Shown: positions 19,727 to 28,964 of the stretch, in pieces
Numbering within the stretch: position 1 is the first letter of the stretch
Layout: each line of letters starts with the position of its first letter
Assembly (NCBI GenBank): GCA_050331235.1
Contig: JBHJHA010000053.1
Span: forward strand, 5,529 to 69,528
Length of the DNA stretch: 64,000 nt
Origin: Leptolyngbyaceae cyanobacterium
GTDB taxonomy: Bacteria > Cyanobacteriota > Cyanobacteriia > Phormidesmidales > Phormidesmidaceae
Reading direction: 5' to 3'
The notes under the pieces: generated by a model
The model's input: only the letters and a program-made list of their open reading frames with translations
What the model was told of the DNA's origin: nothing
Databases searched by the model: none
Position numbers and translations under genes: made by a program

Positions 19727-20008
19727 GGAAGAAGAGTTCCGAAAATAATCGCTTAGTGATCTTAGCAGGCTTATTTGTTGTCCTTATGGCGACATTTAAG
19801 TTGAGCCTGTGCAGATTATCCAGAAAAGGGGCGAAGGACTTGGTAGCCAGGTTCCGGGGTGCCTTACCAATCCGTACAGCGCTATAAATCATGGAAAAGT
19901 AATCAAGGATTTTAATTGTCACCGTTTCTCGCCAGCTCTCAGGGAGAACTCAGGTTGTCTATTTAAAGTCAGTTGTCATTGGCGATTCACAAGTCTAGGA
20001 GAATCATC

Positions 20009-20578
20009 ATGCAACTGATCGTGACCACCGCTTTGTTCATAGGCACCCTTTTGTCCGTCGGCTGCAGCTTCAAATCGGCCACCTCAGGGGTTTCTGAGAC
20101 TGCCACTGAGTCAATAGCTGCCGAATCAGCAACTCCCACTACCGCTGAAGTTGTGACATCTGAAGCAAAGGCAGAAGTCCCGGCTGAGCCAGAGCCAACG
20201 TTAGCGGCTGTATTTGTCGCTGATGATGCCGCGATCGCTGGGGCTGACCCCGTTGCTTACTTTACCGAATCGGCCTATGTGCCTGGTCAGCCTGAGTTTG
20301 CCTACGAATGGAGCGGCGCGACATGGCATTTTGCCAGTGCAGAAAATCGTGATGCGTTTGCTAACGATCCGACCGCTTATGCCCCTGCCTATGGCGGTTT
20401 TTGCGCTTGGGCCGTGAGTCAGGGATATACTGCCCCCATCGACCCCGAGGCTTGGAAAATCGTTGATAACAAGCTGTATTTAAACTATGACCAACGGATC
20501 CAGGCTCGGTGGGCCCAGGACATTCCTAAGCACATCGCCCAAGCGGATAGCAATTGGCCTGCGGTCCTGGAAAATTAG
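20009..20578 (+). CDS. YHS-domain lipoprotein
   Basis: From ATG 20009: MQLIVTTALFIGTLLSVGC (lipobox-like). C-terminal YHS-type segment (DPVAYF...WHFASAENRDAFANDP..YGGFCAW). The track start at 19973 is TTG. Confidence 0.7.
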   Translation: MQLIVTTALFIGTLLSVGCSFKSATSGVSETATESIAAESATPTTAEVVTSEAKAEVPAEPEPTLAAVFVADDAAIAGADPVAYFTESAYVPGQPEFAYEWSGATWHFASAENRDAFANDPTAYAPAYGGFCAWAVSQGYTAPIDPEAWKIVDNKLYLNYDQRIQARWAQDIPKHIAQADSNWPAVLEN

Positions 20579-20783
20579 GCCCCTTATTTTGCTGCGCCCT
20601 ACGTTATGCATCGATGATCCTACGGTGCTTAACGATGTGAAATGTCGCCGCGATCGCAAACGTCATGCGGTACCCTTGGTAAGCAATTGATGGCGGTTGA
20701 GGGCCTTGAGCCGACGTCATCGATGCATAAATGCTTTTGCATGGGACCTTTTAGGCGATTGCGACTACACACCAGCGATATCT

Positions 20784-22595
20784 ATGGCGCTTATTGTTCA
20801 AAAGTTTGGGGGCACCTCAGTCGGGTCAGTTGAGCGAATTCAGGCGGTTGCCCAGCGCGTTCGGCAAACTGTTCTCGCTGGGAACCAAGTCGCGGTTGTT
20901 GTCTCAGCCATGGGCAAAACCACCGATGGTTTAGTCAAGCTGGCCAATGACATTGCAACTAATCCGAGCCGCCGCGAAATGGACATGCTGCTGTCCACGG
21001 GGGAGCAGGTTTCGATCGCCCTGCTGACCATGGCCCTACACAGCCTTGAGCAAGAAGCGATTTCGCTGACGGGGGCGCAGGTGGGCATTGTCACTGAGGC
21101 TGACCACAGTCGGGCCCGCATTCTCAACATTCGCACTGAGCGCTTACAGCGTCATTTGACGGATGGCAAAGTTGTGGTAATTGCCGGATTTCAAGGCATT
21201 AGCTCAAGCACTGATTTTGAAATTACAACTTTGGGACGAGGGGGGTCTGACACCTCGGCAGTAGCCCTAGCGGCGGCCCTCGGAGCCGACAAGTGTGAGA
21301 TTTACACCGATGTTCCCGGTATTTTGACGACGGATCCGCGGCTGGTACCAGCCGCACAGCTGATGTCAACCATTACCTGTGACGAGATGCTGGAACTTGC
21401 CAGTTTGGGGGCAAAAGTGCTGCATCCCCGTGCGGTGGAAATTGCCAGGAACTATGGCGTCCCTTTGGTGGTGCGCTCTAGCTGGACAGAGGCGCCCGGG
21501 ACCTTAGTGGAGGCACCAGCGCGCCAGCCGCGCTCCTTAGAAGGATTGGAACTGGCCCACCCGGTCGATGCCATTGAGTTTGATCTGGATCAGGCTAAGG
21601 TGGCCCTGCTGCGGGTGCCTGACTGTCCGGGGGTGGCTGCTCGGCTATTTGGCGAAATTGCTGACCAGCACTTGAATGTTGATTTGATTATTCAGTCGAT
21701 CCATGACGGCAACACCAATGACATTGCGTTTACAGTAGTGCGCTCAAATTTGGCTAAAGCCGAAGCGGTAGCAGCCGCGATCGCCCCCATCCTCCGGGAA
21801 AACGCAGCGGATGTCACCCAGGCTGAAATTCTAGTTGACCAACGCGTCGCCAAGGTCAGTATTGCGGGTGCAGGCATGATTGGCCGTCCGGGAGTGGCCG
21901 CCACGATGTTTTCGACCTTGGCTGAGGCCGGTGTCAATATTCAAATGATTTCCACTTCCGAGGTCAAGGTGAGCTGCACGGTCAAAGTCGAGGACTGCGA
22001 TCGCGCGCTTAAGGCTCTGTGCCAAGCCTTTCAAGTCACCTCATCCCCGCTCAACCAGACAGCTGATCGATTGGTCTCTAAGCAGGCTCCCGAGGTGCGG
22101 GGCGCGGCTTTAGATACTAAACAGGCTCAAATTGCCATTCGCCAAGTGCCGGATCAGCCGGGAATGGCGGCAAAAATCTTTGCCCTTCTCGCGACTGCTG
22201 GGGTCAGTGTTGACATGATTATCCAGTCCCAGCGCTGTCGCTCAATCAATGGTCAAACTACTCGCGATATCGCCTTTACCGTCACTGAAGCAGAGGCCGC
22301 CCAAGCCCAAGCCGTGGTCGAAAATGCTGCTGCCGAGTGGGGCTGTGGAGCTGTGGTGGTCACCTCGGCAATTGCTAAAGTGAGCGTTGTCGGTCTTGGC
22401 ATGATCAACACTCCCGGCGTCGCAGCGCGGATGTTCTCTGCTCTGGCCCAACAGCGCATCAATATTCAAATGATTGCCACATCGGAGATTAAGATCAGCT
22501 GTCTCGTGGCGGAAGACGATGGAGTAAAAGCGCTCCAGGCCGTGCACGAGGCGTTTCAGCTAGACGGCCTCGAAAAAGTCGTTGTACCAGCCTAA
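20784..22595 (+). CDS. lysC: Aspartate kinase with duplicated ACT-pair regulatory region
   Basis: MALIVQKFGGTSVGS, kinase core, then two similar ACT-ACT modules (VALLRVPDCPGVAARLF... and IAIRQVPDQPGMAAKIF...). The track ORF starts 87 nt upstream at an unlikely ATG. Confidence 0.93.
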   Translation: MALIVQKFGGTSVGSVERIQAVAQRVRQTVLAGNQVAVVVSAMGKTTDGLVKLANDIATNPSRREMDMLLSTGEQVSIALLTMALHSLEQEAISLTGAQVGIVTEADHSRARILNIRTERLQRHLTDGKVVVIAGFQGISSSTDFEITTLGRGGSDTSAVALAAALGADKCEIYTDVPGILTTDPRLVPAAQLMSTITCDEMLELASLGAKVLHPRAVEIARNYGVPLVVRSSWTEAPGTLVEAPARQPRSLEGLELAHPVDAIEFDLDQAKVALLRVPDCPGVAARLFGEIADQHLNVDLIIQSIHDGNTNDIAFTVVRSNLAKAEAVAAAIAPILRENAADVTQAEILVDQRVAKVSIAGAGMIGRPGVAATMFSTLAEAGVNIQMISTSEVKVSCTVKVEDCDRALKALCQAFQVTSSPLNQTADRLVSKQAPEVRGAALDTKQAQIAIRQVPDQPGMAAKIFALLATAGVSVDMIIQSQRCRSINGQTTRDIAFTVTEAEAAQAQAVVENAAAEWGCGAVVVTSAIAKVSVVGLGMINTPGVAARMFSALAQQRINIQMIATSEIKISCLVAEDDGVKALQAVHEAFQLDGLEKVVVPA

Positions 22596-22813
22596 ACGAC
22601 GTTCAGCATCCGGGTCTCGAATCTTTAGCCAAGCGGGTCGTCTTTCGGGTTTGGAGGCGATCGCTGACCAATTTCAGCCCGAATCGAACCATTAGCCTGG
22701 CGAGTAGCTTCTATTAAAAAAGAAATTAGACGTTTTCTCAGAGTCTCTTGACGGAATCTCGGAAGATTGTGATATCGTAGTTAACCGTGCTTGGAAAAGC
22801 ATTACCACCTTGA

Positions 22814-22885
22814 GGGTCGCTAGCTCAGCGGTAGAGCACTCGGCTTTTAACCGATTGGTCCTGGGTTCGAATCCCAGGCGACCCA
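22814..22885 (+). tRNA. tRNA-Lys (anticodon UUU)
   Basis: GGGTCGC/TA/GCTC-AGCGGTA-GAGC/A/CTCGG-CTTTTAA-CCGAT/TGGTC/CTGGG-TTCGAAT-CCCAG/GCGACCC-A folds as a cloverleaf with one C.U mismatch at the top of the anticodon stem. CCA is not encoded. Confidence 0.9.
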
Positions 22886-23344
22886 TTTTTAAGGTTTAAC
22901 AAGCTTTGATTCAGCGCTAGTGCTTTAGCGTTACGTGAGGAGCTCGTTCGCCATTATTTCGGCATTTGGTTTATTGAGTGCAGTTACTACATGCTCAACC
23001 ATGAGTTGGACTGAGATAGCGCTTTTCAAGCTCTCTTTCGCTTCTCTGACGACGGCTCATTGGCACCGGGAGACCCATTGCCTAATAGCTTCCTCCTGAT
23101 GCCAATTCGATAATTAGGTCTGTGTTCATCAGGGGCTCTTAAGAGGCTAGGTGGGTACTTCAGCTTTTGTTGTTTGAGTCTTGGCAGCGATCTACAGAAA
23201 GCTATTTACTCTTAACAGAGGTTAAAGCTTTCCCTCACATAACGTTATAAAGGGGGAGATTCTGCCTTAGTATGAGTAGGTAAGTGCACCTATTGGTGTT
23301 GAGTTACGATTGCCGAAGGCAAGAAAAAGACTAGGAGGATTTTT

Positions 23345-24424
23345 ATGGCGCTCGTCCCTATGCGGCTCATGCTGGACCACGCGGCTGAAAACGGTTACGG
23401 TATTCCAGCTTATAACGTCAACAACCTGGAGCAAATCCTGGCAATTATGGCGGCAGCTGATGAAACTGACAGCCCCGTGATTCTGCAAGCATCTCGCGGT
23501 GCTCGTAAGTATGCAGGTGAAAACTTCCTGCGTCACTTGGTTACTGCAGCCGTTGAAACTTATCCCCACATTCCCGTGGTGATGCATCAGGACCACGGCA
23601 ACAGCCCTGCAACTTGCTACTCTGCTATCCGCAATGGCTTTACCAGTGTGATGATGGATGGGTCTTTGGAAGCAGACGCAAAGACTCCTGCTAGCTTTGA
23701 GTACAACGTCAGCGTTACTGCTGAAGTGGTAAAAGTAGCTCACGCGATCGGCGCTAGCGTCGAAGGTGAACTCGGTTGCTTGGGTTCCCTCGAAACCGGT
23801 GCCGGTGAAGCTGAAGACGGTCACGGGTTTGAAGGTACCCTAAGCCATGACCAATTGCTGACTGACCCCGATGAGGCGGTGCAGTTCGTCGAAGCGACTC
23901 AGGTCGACGCTTTGGCTGTCGCGATCGGTACTAGCCACGGTGCTTACAAGTTCACCCGCAAGCCGACTGGTGAGATTCTCGCGATTAGCCGGATCGAAGA
24001 GATTCATAACCGCTTGCCCAACACTCACCTAGTGATGCACGGATCTTCTTCCGTACCTCAGGAATGGTTGGACATGATCAACAAGTACGGCGGTGAGATC
24101 CCTGAGACCTACGGTGTACCGGTGGAAGAAATCCAAAAGGGTATCAAGAGCGGCGTGCGTAAGGTCAATATTGACACTGACAACCGTTTGGCTATCACGG
24201 CTGCGATTCGGGAAGCGGCTGCAAGCGATCCTTCTAACTTTGATCCTCGCCACTTCATGAAGCCCGCTATCAAGTACATGAAGCAGGTTTGCCGCGATCG
24301 CTACGAGGCTTTTGGGACTGCTGGCAACGCTAGCAAGATCAAGCAGGCTGGTGTTGAGGTTTTTGCTGCCAAGTATGCGGCTGGCGAACTCGATGCCAAG
24401 GTCAAGAGCACTGCTGCTGTGTAA
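23345..24424 (+). CDS. fba: Class II fructose-1,6-bisphosphate aldolase
   Basis: 359 aa. [51 protein letters not shown] at 23334-23338. Confidence 0.95.
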   Translation: MALVPMRLMLDHAAENGYGIPAYNVNNLEQILAIMAAADETDSPVILQASRGARKYAGENFLRHLVTAAVETYPHIPVVMHQDHGNSPATCYSAIRNGFTSVMMDGSLEADAKTPASFEYNVSVTAEVVKVAHAIGASVEGELGCLGSLETGAGEAEDGHGFEGTLSHDQLLTDPDEAVQFVEATQVDALAVAIGTSHGAYKFTRKPTGEILAISRIEEIHNRLPNTHLVMHGSSSVPQEWLDMINKYGGEIPETYGVPVEEIQKGIKSGVRKVNIDTDNRLAITAAIREAAASDPSNFDPRHFMKPAIKYMKQVCRDRYEAFGTAGNASKIKQAGVEVFAAKYAAGELDAKVKSTAAV

Positions 24425-24456
24425 ATATGGCAATAGCTTTTTCCATATAGACGAAA

Positions 24457-24487
24457 GCCGCTGTCTTCTGAGACAGCGGCTTTTTTT
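24457..24487 (+). terminator. Rho-independent terminator of fba
   Basis: GCCGCTGTCT-TCTG-AGACAGCGGC: perfect 10-bp stem followed by TTTTTTT, 33 nt after the fba stop. Confidence 0.8.
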
Positions 24488-24526
24488 GGAAAAAATTTGT
24501 CCGTAGTTTGAGCCAGTGATCGAGGC

Positions 24527-25018
24527 CTACCAACCCCAGGTGCCAACTCCCCCTTTAAAGGGACCGACAATGTCGCTTGTAATCCATCCGCCGTAAAAGT
24601 CGCCCGCCTGGGCCTGTACCGGCTCATCATCGACATAGCAAGCGTCCATCCGGCTAGAATACACCGCAATACAGTCTTTAATAGCAGCAAACCGTTCCGT
24701 TGGTTGAGGGTATCGCCATACTGCGTTATCAGCTCGGCTATCGCCCACGACCAAATCGAAATACTGGGCCGCACCTTTCCATTCACAAAAAGTAGAACGC
24801 TGAACGGGGACCAGATAGTCCTGCTGTACGTCTTTGAGGGGAATGTAATAAACCGGTGGATGGCTAGTCTCTAAAACTCGCACCGTTTGCTGCGAATCGG
24901 CGATCGTGACATCGTTGAACACAATGCGAATTCGACGCGGGGAGTTTTCGACACGGGGGGGGCGAGGATAATCCCATACCGACTCTTGGCCTGGCTGGGG
25001 TTCGATGCGCTGCACCAT
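24527..25018 (-). CDS. DUF427 domain-containing protein
   Basis: ESVWDYPRPPRVE...IRIVFNDVTIADS...ETSHPPVYYIPLKDV fits the DUF427 pattern as I recall it. Confidence 0.7.
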   Translation of the reverse strand: MVQRIEPQPGQESVWDYPRPPRVENSPRRIRIVFNDVTIADSQQTVRVLETSHPPVYYIPLKDVQQDYLVPVQRSTFCEWKGAAQYFDLVVGDSRADNAVWRYPQPTERFAAIKDCIAVYSSRMDACYVDDEPVQAQAGDFYGGWITSDIVGPFKGGVGTWGW

Positions 25019-25250
25019 CTATAAGGTTGCTCCTAGCTGCGAGATCACTGCTTTATATTGTGGCATGGGCGTTGGTAGGCGTCCGTATTGCTGACATTAG
25101 GCCGTTAGTTGAGTCGGGACGGCGGCACCTGGGCCGTGTATTTCATGCGGCCCAAAGTTCTATTGGTCCCTTGGAGAAGGCGTTCAAAAAACTGCCGATT
25201 AGGGAGAAAATTCTGTAAGGTTGTGAATACAGCTAGCAACGGCAGGCCGC

Positions 25251-25841
25251 GTGAGCAATTCCAATTTCAATGAACCAGAGCTCGATCCGTTGAGCCGGAC
25301 TCAAATTTTAGTGGCGATGGGGGTCACAGCGATCGTTTTACTACTGATTGCTCGTTTCTGGTTGTTTTTTGACACGGTAATCATGCTGTCCGTTGAATTT
25401 GACCCAGTTATCCTCGTTGTAGGCATCGGGATTGGCATCGGGATTACTGGAGCCAGTGGGATCGCTTATCAGGTTTGGCCTGGCTATCGCCGGAGCGCTG
25501 ACGTTTACCTCAAAATGGTTTTAGAACCGCTAGCCTGGGGTGATCTGATTTGGATGGGGCTACTGCCGGGACTGAGCGAAGAGTTGCTGTTTCGCGGAGT
25601 TATGCTGCCCGCGATCGGCTTAAACGTTTACGGCATCGTGTTTTCAAGCTTGTGCTTTGGGGTGTTGCACCTTAGCGGGCTGCAGCAATGGCCCTATGTC
25701 ATTTGGGCGACCTTGATTGGTTTGGTTTTGGCCTACAGCGCTTTGCTATCGGGTAACTTGTTAGTGCCTATCGTGGCCCACGTCAGCACCAATCTACTCG
25801 CCAGCATAGTTTGGAAAATTAAGTACGGCACTGCTGGCTAA
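25251..25841 (+). CDS. CPBP-family intramembrane glutamic endopeptidase (CAAX protease-like)
   Basis: Multi-TM protein with SEELLFRG and FGVLH...HVSTN motifs. GTG start. Confidence 0.8.
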   Translation: MSNSNFNEPELDPLSRTQILVAMGVTAIVLLLIARFWLFFDTVIMLSVEFDPVILVVGIGIGIGITGASGIAYQVWPGYRRSADVYLKMVLEPLAWGDLIWMGLLPGLSEELLFRGVMLPAIGLNVYGIVFSSLCFGVLHLSGLQQWPYVIWATLIGLVLAYSALLSGNLLVPIVAHVSTNLLASIVWKIKYGTAG

Positions 25842-26013
25842 TGGCCTGTGATCAAACGGCGAGCAGGTGAGTTGGTTTAGGAACGGACTGCTCACCCTGC
25901 AAGTGCAATATCAGCAATATCAATATATACATATGATACAGACGTGCAAAAAACTCCGCTAACCTCAAATAAATCAACGGAGTCTTAATCATGCCAGCTA
26001 AAAAAATCAGAGA

Positions 26014-26505
26014 CTAAGATTGCTGACGGTGTTGATTGCGTTTGGCGCGATCGCGACGTTTCATACGCTTACGCTGCTCTGTTCGAGACATTGCCTTGTC
26101 CACCGGAAAACCCGCAACCGGAATGACCTGATGCTGTCGCTCTTTCTCCAACTGTTTGAGCTCAGTGTAGTCAACCCAGTGAATGCAATCGACCGGACAG
26201 GTATCGATCGCCTCTTGAATCACTTCATCACTGTCACCGTCTTGGCGAATAGTCCGAGCCCGGCCATAGTCAGGCTCGATATAAAACGTATTGCGAGCGA
26301 CATGGGCACAGTGACGACAGCCGATGCAGGTCAGTTCATCTACATAAACACCCTTTTGCCGTAAAATGCCGCCGAGCTCGGGCTCATAGCCAGTCTGCTC
26401 AGCAGCATCTCTTAGGTCACCTCCAAGCTCAGGCTCTAAACCGCTTGGAGACGACTCTTCAAAACCGTCGGCTTTCATAAAAGCCTCGTCAAATTCTTGG
26501 GGCAT
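26014..26505 (-). CDS. 4Fe-4S ferredoxin-domain protein with basic C-terminal tail
   Basis: From ATG 26505: MPQEFDEAF...CIGCRHCAHVARNTF...DTCPVDCIHWV (CxxCxxC...CP cluster motif), KR-rich tail. The track ORF is extended upstream across the ycf35 stop. Confidence 0.8.
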   Translation of the reverse strand: MPQEFDEAFMKADGFEESSPSGLEPELGGDLRDAAEQTGYEPELGGILRQKGVYVDELTCIGCRHCAHVARNTFYIEPDYGRARTIRQDGDSDEVIQEAIDTCPVDCIHWVDYTELKQLEKERQHQVIPVAGFPVDKAMSRTEQRKRMKRRDRAKRNQHRQQS

Positions 26506-26524
26506 TAAGCTTCCCCGATAGTAA

Positions 26525-26914
26525 TTACGCCCAGCGCTGCAGAACCAAACGAATGGCTCCTTCTTCGGTAGTCTGCTGCTCAGAGAGTTGGAATCCAACG
26601 TCAGAGGTAGCCTCTAAAACAGTATGAAAAGCGTATCGCTGGGTGATTTGATTGACGAATCCGTCTACCGAGAGGGGCTGTTGCCAATATTGCAGATCAG
26701 CAACCAGTTCGTAATCTTTCGTCTCGGGGTTTAACCGGAAACCGATGTCAAATCCATTGGTCTGTTCAATAACCACTTCAGCGGTCTCGGCAGCGCCTTG
26801 GTAGCCTCGCACCGGTAAAGGACCTGGCTTCCAATCGATACAAAGCTCAGTCAGAGCGGCCTGTAATGAAGTCAAGTTGCGGATTTTAGTCCGAATTTGG
26901 CTAAAGTGTGACAT
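26525..26914 (-). CDS. ycf35: Ycf35 (DUF1257) family protein
   Basis: From ATG 26914: MSHFSQIRTKIRNLTSLQAALTELCIDWK...FDIGFRLNPETKDYELVADLQYW, typical of Ycf35/DUF1257. It is 19 nt upstream of the ferredoxin gene. Confidence 0.8.
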   Translation of the reverse strand: MSHFSQIRTKIRNLTSLQAALTELCIDWKPGPLPVRGYQGAAETAEVVIEQTNGFDIGFRLNPETKDYELVADLQYWQQPLSVDGFVNQITQRYAFHTVLEATSDVGFQLSEQQTTEEGAIRLVLQRWA

Positions 26915-26940
26915 GTTAACTGTGTCTATACGAACGTGAA

Positions 26941-27159
26941 CTAGCCCCAATCGCTGTAGGTGGCTCTGTTGTGAGTTTCTGTTGTGGCTGTTTGCTGACC
27001 CTTTTGGGAAAAATAGTCAGACGTGTTTTCACGACTGATCACGTTGCCCAGCTGTTCTTCAATTTTGCGAGTCACTTCCTCGCAGGAGCGACCGACCACA
27101 CCGGTCACCATTTCCTTGACTCGACCGTCGGGATTAATGATGAACTACAAAGTTTCCAT
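26941..27159 (-). pseudogene. DUF2997-like small ORF interrupted by an in-frame TAG at codon 5 (or initiating downstream of it)
   Basis: Hand translation of the minus strand: METL*FIINPDGRVKEMVTGVVGRSCEEVTRKIEEQLGNVISRENTSDYFSQKGQQTATTETHNRATYSDWG*. TAG is at 27147-27145. It is not in the ORF track, which shows only the antisense ORF 26971..27210. Confidence 0.6.
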
Positions 27160-27648
27160 ACAGCGTTTCAGGATTGCGAAATTGCTAGTCTGAAGCGCTT
27201 AGAAAGATGAGAAGTCAACAGACAACTTTATCCTACTAAGCATTTTCGGCAAGCCACGAACTATTCCATCGCAAAAATTTATGCAACTTATTGATGGTGA
27301 GAGTGCCTGCCCCAAACTAGGTTTAAGTGTTACGCAATATAGCATTAGCCGTCAACCTGTCGATGGGGGCAACTTAGGGAAACTCGTGGTCTGCAGATTT
27401 CTGATTTTAAAAAACTTTGCAGTTCTTTACGCTTTGACAAGGACGTCTGATCGCGCGTTGAGATGCGGCTTTGGAGGCTGTGGTGCCTTCATTTAATCGA
27501 GCGGCGCGAGTGGCGATGTGCTGAGTGGATATGCGGTAAGGTGCTGTCGCTGGCGGCGACTACCTTTGTAAATCCCTGCTGAGATGGATGGGTGAAGACG
27601 CCGCGATCGCCCGATAATAGTGCTCTGTGATGTAAACGGATAACCCCT

Positions 27649-28659
27649 ATGAATTCAAACAAGATGCCATCTGTGTCCCCGATTGCCGTGGGCGTTTTGG
27701 GTTTTGGTGGCCTTGGGCAAGCGGCTACTCGCGTACTGCAGCCTAAGCAGGAAATGCGCTGGGTCGCGGCGGCTGATAAACAGGGCTACATCTACAATCC
27801 TCAGGGGCTAGACCCGCAAACTTGCATTCTTATCTATCGCGATCGCGGCTCGGTCGGCTATGTGGAGCCCAGCGGTGCGCTCAGTCAGCAGAGCATTGCA
27901 GAATTAATCACAGCGGCTAATGGAGTGCAGGGCTACTTTTTGGCGCTGCCGAACCTCCCTAACACCTTCATGGCTGATGTGGTGCGCCAGTTCATCGCGT
28001 CGGGCTGGCAGGGGGTATTGGTCGATGCACTCAAGCGCACGAGCGCGATGGAGCAGATTTGGGCCTTGCGCGAAGAATTGCAGGCTGCTGGTATTACCTA
28101 TATGACTGGATGCGGGGCGACACCGGGGCTATTGACTGCTGCCGCTGTGGTAGCAGCCCAGAGCTACAGCGAGATTCACAGTGTGAAAATCACCTTTGGC
28201 GTGGGCATCGCGAACTGGGAAGCTTATCGGGCTACCATTCGTGAAGATATCGCCCATATGCCTGATTATGATGTTGACTCCGCTCGGGCTATGACCGATG
28301 AAGAGGTCGCGGCCCTGCTGGATCGTACCAATGGCATCTTGGCCCTAGAAAATATGGAGCACGCCGACGATTTTATGCTGGAGCTAGCAGGTATCTGCGA
28401 TCGCGAACAGGTCACCGTTGGGGGCATTGTTGACACTCGTAATCCGAAGAAACCTTTGAGCACAAATGTGCAAGTCACTGGCCGTACCTTTGAAGGCAAG
28501 CTCTCGACCCATACCTTTACCCTGGGCGACGAAACTAGTATGGCAGCAAACGTCTGTGGCCCCGCCTTTGGCTATCTCAAAGCGGGTGTGGCATTGCACC
28601 AGCGGGGACAGTACGGTCTCTATACTGCTGCTGAAGTCATGCCCCAGTTCGTTCGATAA
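27649..28659 (+). CDS. NAD(P)-binding oxidoreductase, saccharopine/diaminopimelate-dehydrogenase-like
   Basis: Rossmann motif [11 protein letters not shown] near the N-terminus. [10 protein letters not shown] and IAHMPDY segments loosely resemble meso-DAP dehydrogenase-type proteins. The family assignment is tentative. Confidence 0.55.
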   Translation: MNSNKMPSVSPIAVGVLGFGGLGQAATRVLQPKQEMRWVAAADKQGYIYNPQGLDPQTCILIYRDRGSVGYVEPSGALSQQSIAELITAANGVQGYFLALPNLPNTFMADVVRQFIASGWQGVLVDALKRTSAMEQIWALREELQAAGITYMTGCGATPGLLTAAAVVAAQSYSEIHSVKITFGVGIANWEAYRATIREDIAHMPDYDVDSARAMTDEEVAALLDRTNGILALENMEHADDFMLELAGICDREQVTVGGIVDTRNPKKPLSTNVQVTGRTFEGKLSTHTFTLGDETSMAANVCGPAFGYLKAGVALHQRGQYGLYTAAEVMPQFVR

Positions 28660-28909
28660 AGGGCTGAGTCCTGCATGGATTCGTTGAGCTAGCAGGGCGG
28701 TCGTGTGTTGAGCGCTGTTTGTTTCCTCCGACTCTGCCTGGGGCACCGCTGCAGTCAGATGATGACGATGGCTGTTGTGAAGAAACGCTACCTGCATGAC
28801 GGGACTAGTCAGGATTACACCAGCGCAGATGACTATGGCCAGCGGGTTTCCATCGCCTTTCATGGCGGGCTGTGACTATCAACTGCCTGTTGATAGAGCC
28901 GCCAACCTC

Positions 28910-28949
28910 AAGAATAGCGGTACAGTTTGGTAAACGTACCGCTATTCTT
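28910..28949. promoter_or_regulatory. Perfect 14-bp inverted repeat in the leader of the CDF transporter gene
   Basis: AAGAATAGCGGTAC (28910-28923), N12, GTACCGCTATTCTT (28936-28949). It ends 15 nt before the ATG at 28965, and no T-tract follows. Confidence 0.4.
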
Positions 28950-28964
28950 AAGTTCCTAAGGGAT

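Noticed and set aside
20697-20783. Upstream extensions of track ORFs: lysC, pgi, ferredoxin, ycf35, the CDF transporter, YHS, gpx, the second M23 peptidase (38901), the LpxB-related gene, RodZ and the small ORF at 51309.
   Set aside because: The extensions start at TTG/GTG or distant ATGs, add non-conserved residues ahead of canonical N-termini (for example MALIVQKFGGTS for lysC), or run across neighbouring stops. I re-anchored them to internal starts.
22661-22700. GAATCGAACC, resembling a minus-strand tRNA T-arm.
   Set aside because: The flanking sequence does not form T-stem, acceptor or anticodon arms.
22596-22885. tRNA-Lys lying directly downstream of lysC as a possible functional link.
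   Set aside because: Most likely coincidence: there is no T-box or attenuator-like element, and the tRNA appears to have its own upstream TTGACG-type promoter region.
22692-22886. Track ORF (-, 64 aa).
   Set aside because: It overlaps and is antisense to the tRNA-Lys gene; it is an artefact.
23267-24433. Track ORFs antisense to fba (23267..23824, 23840..24028, 24029..24433) and the downstream ORF 24301..24786.
   Set aside because: They lie inside or overlap a highly conserved, confidently called gene and its terminator. This is typical GC-rich antisense open frame.
26971-27210. Track ORF (+, 79 aa).
   Set aside because: It is antisense to the DUF2997-like reading frame, which has a recognisable family pattern and operon context.
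27578-27584. GCTGAGA (TPP-riboswitch-like CUGAGA core) upstream of the oxidoreductase gene.
   Set aside because: No flanking GGGG...ACCC P2 pairing and no ACCUGAUCUGGAUAAUGCCAGCG-like pyrophosphate-sensor helix. It is an isolated hexamer match.
28384-28863. Minus-strand ORF with a His-rich stretch (HNSHRHH) divergent from the CDF gene, tempting as a metal-related peptide. I also noted a 38-aa plus-strand ORF at 28759-28875.
   Set aside because: The long ORF overlaps ~275 nt of the oxidoreductase 3' end on the opposite strand. Neither ORF has an RBS or conservation evidence that I can see.
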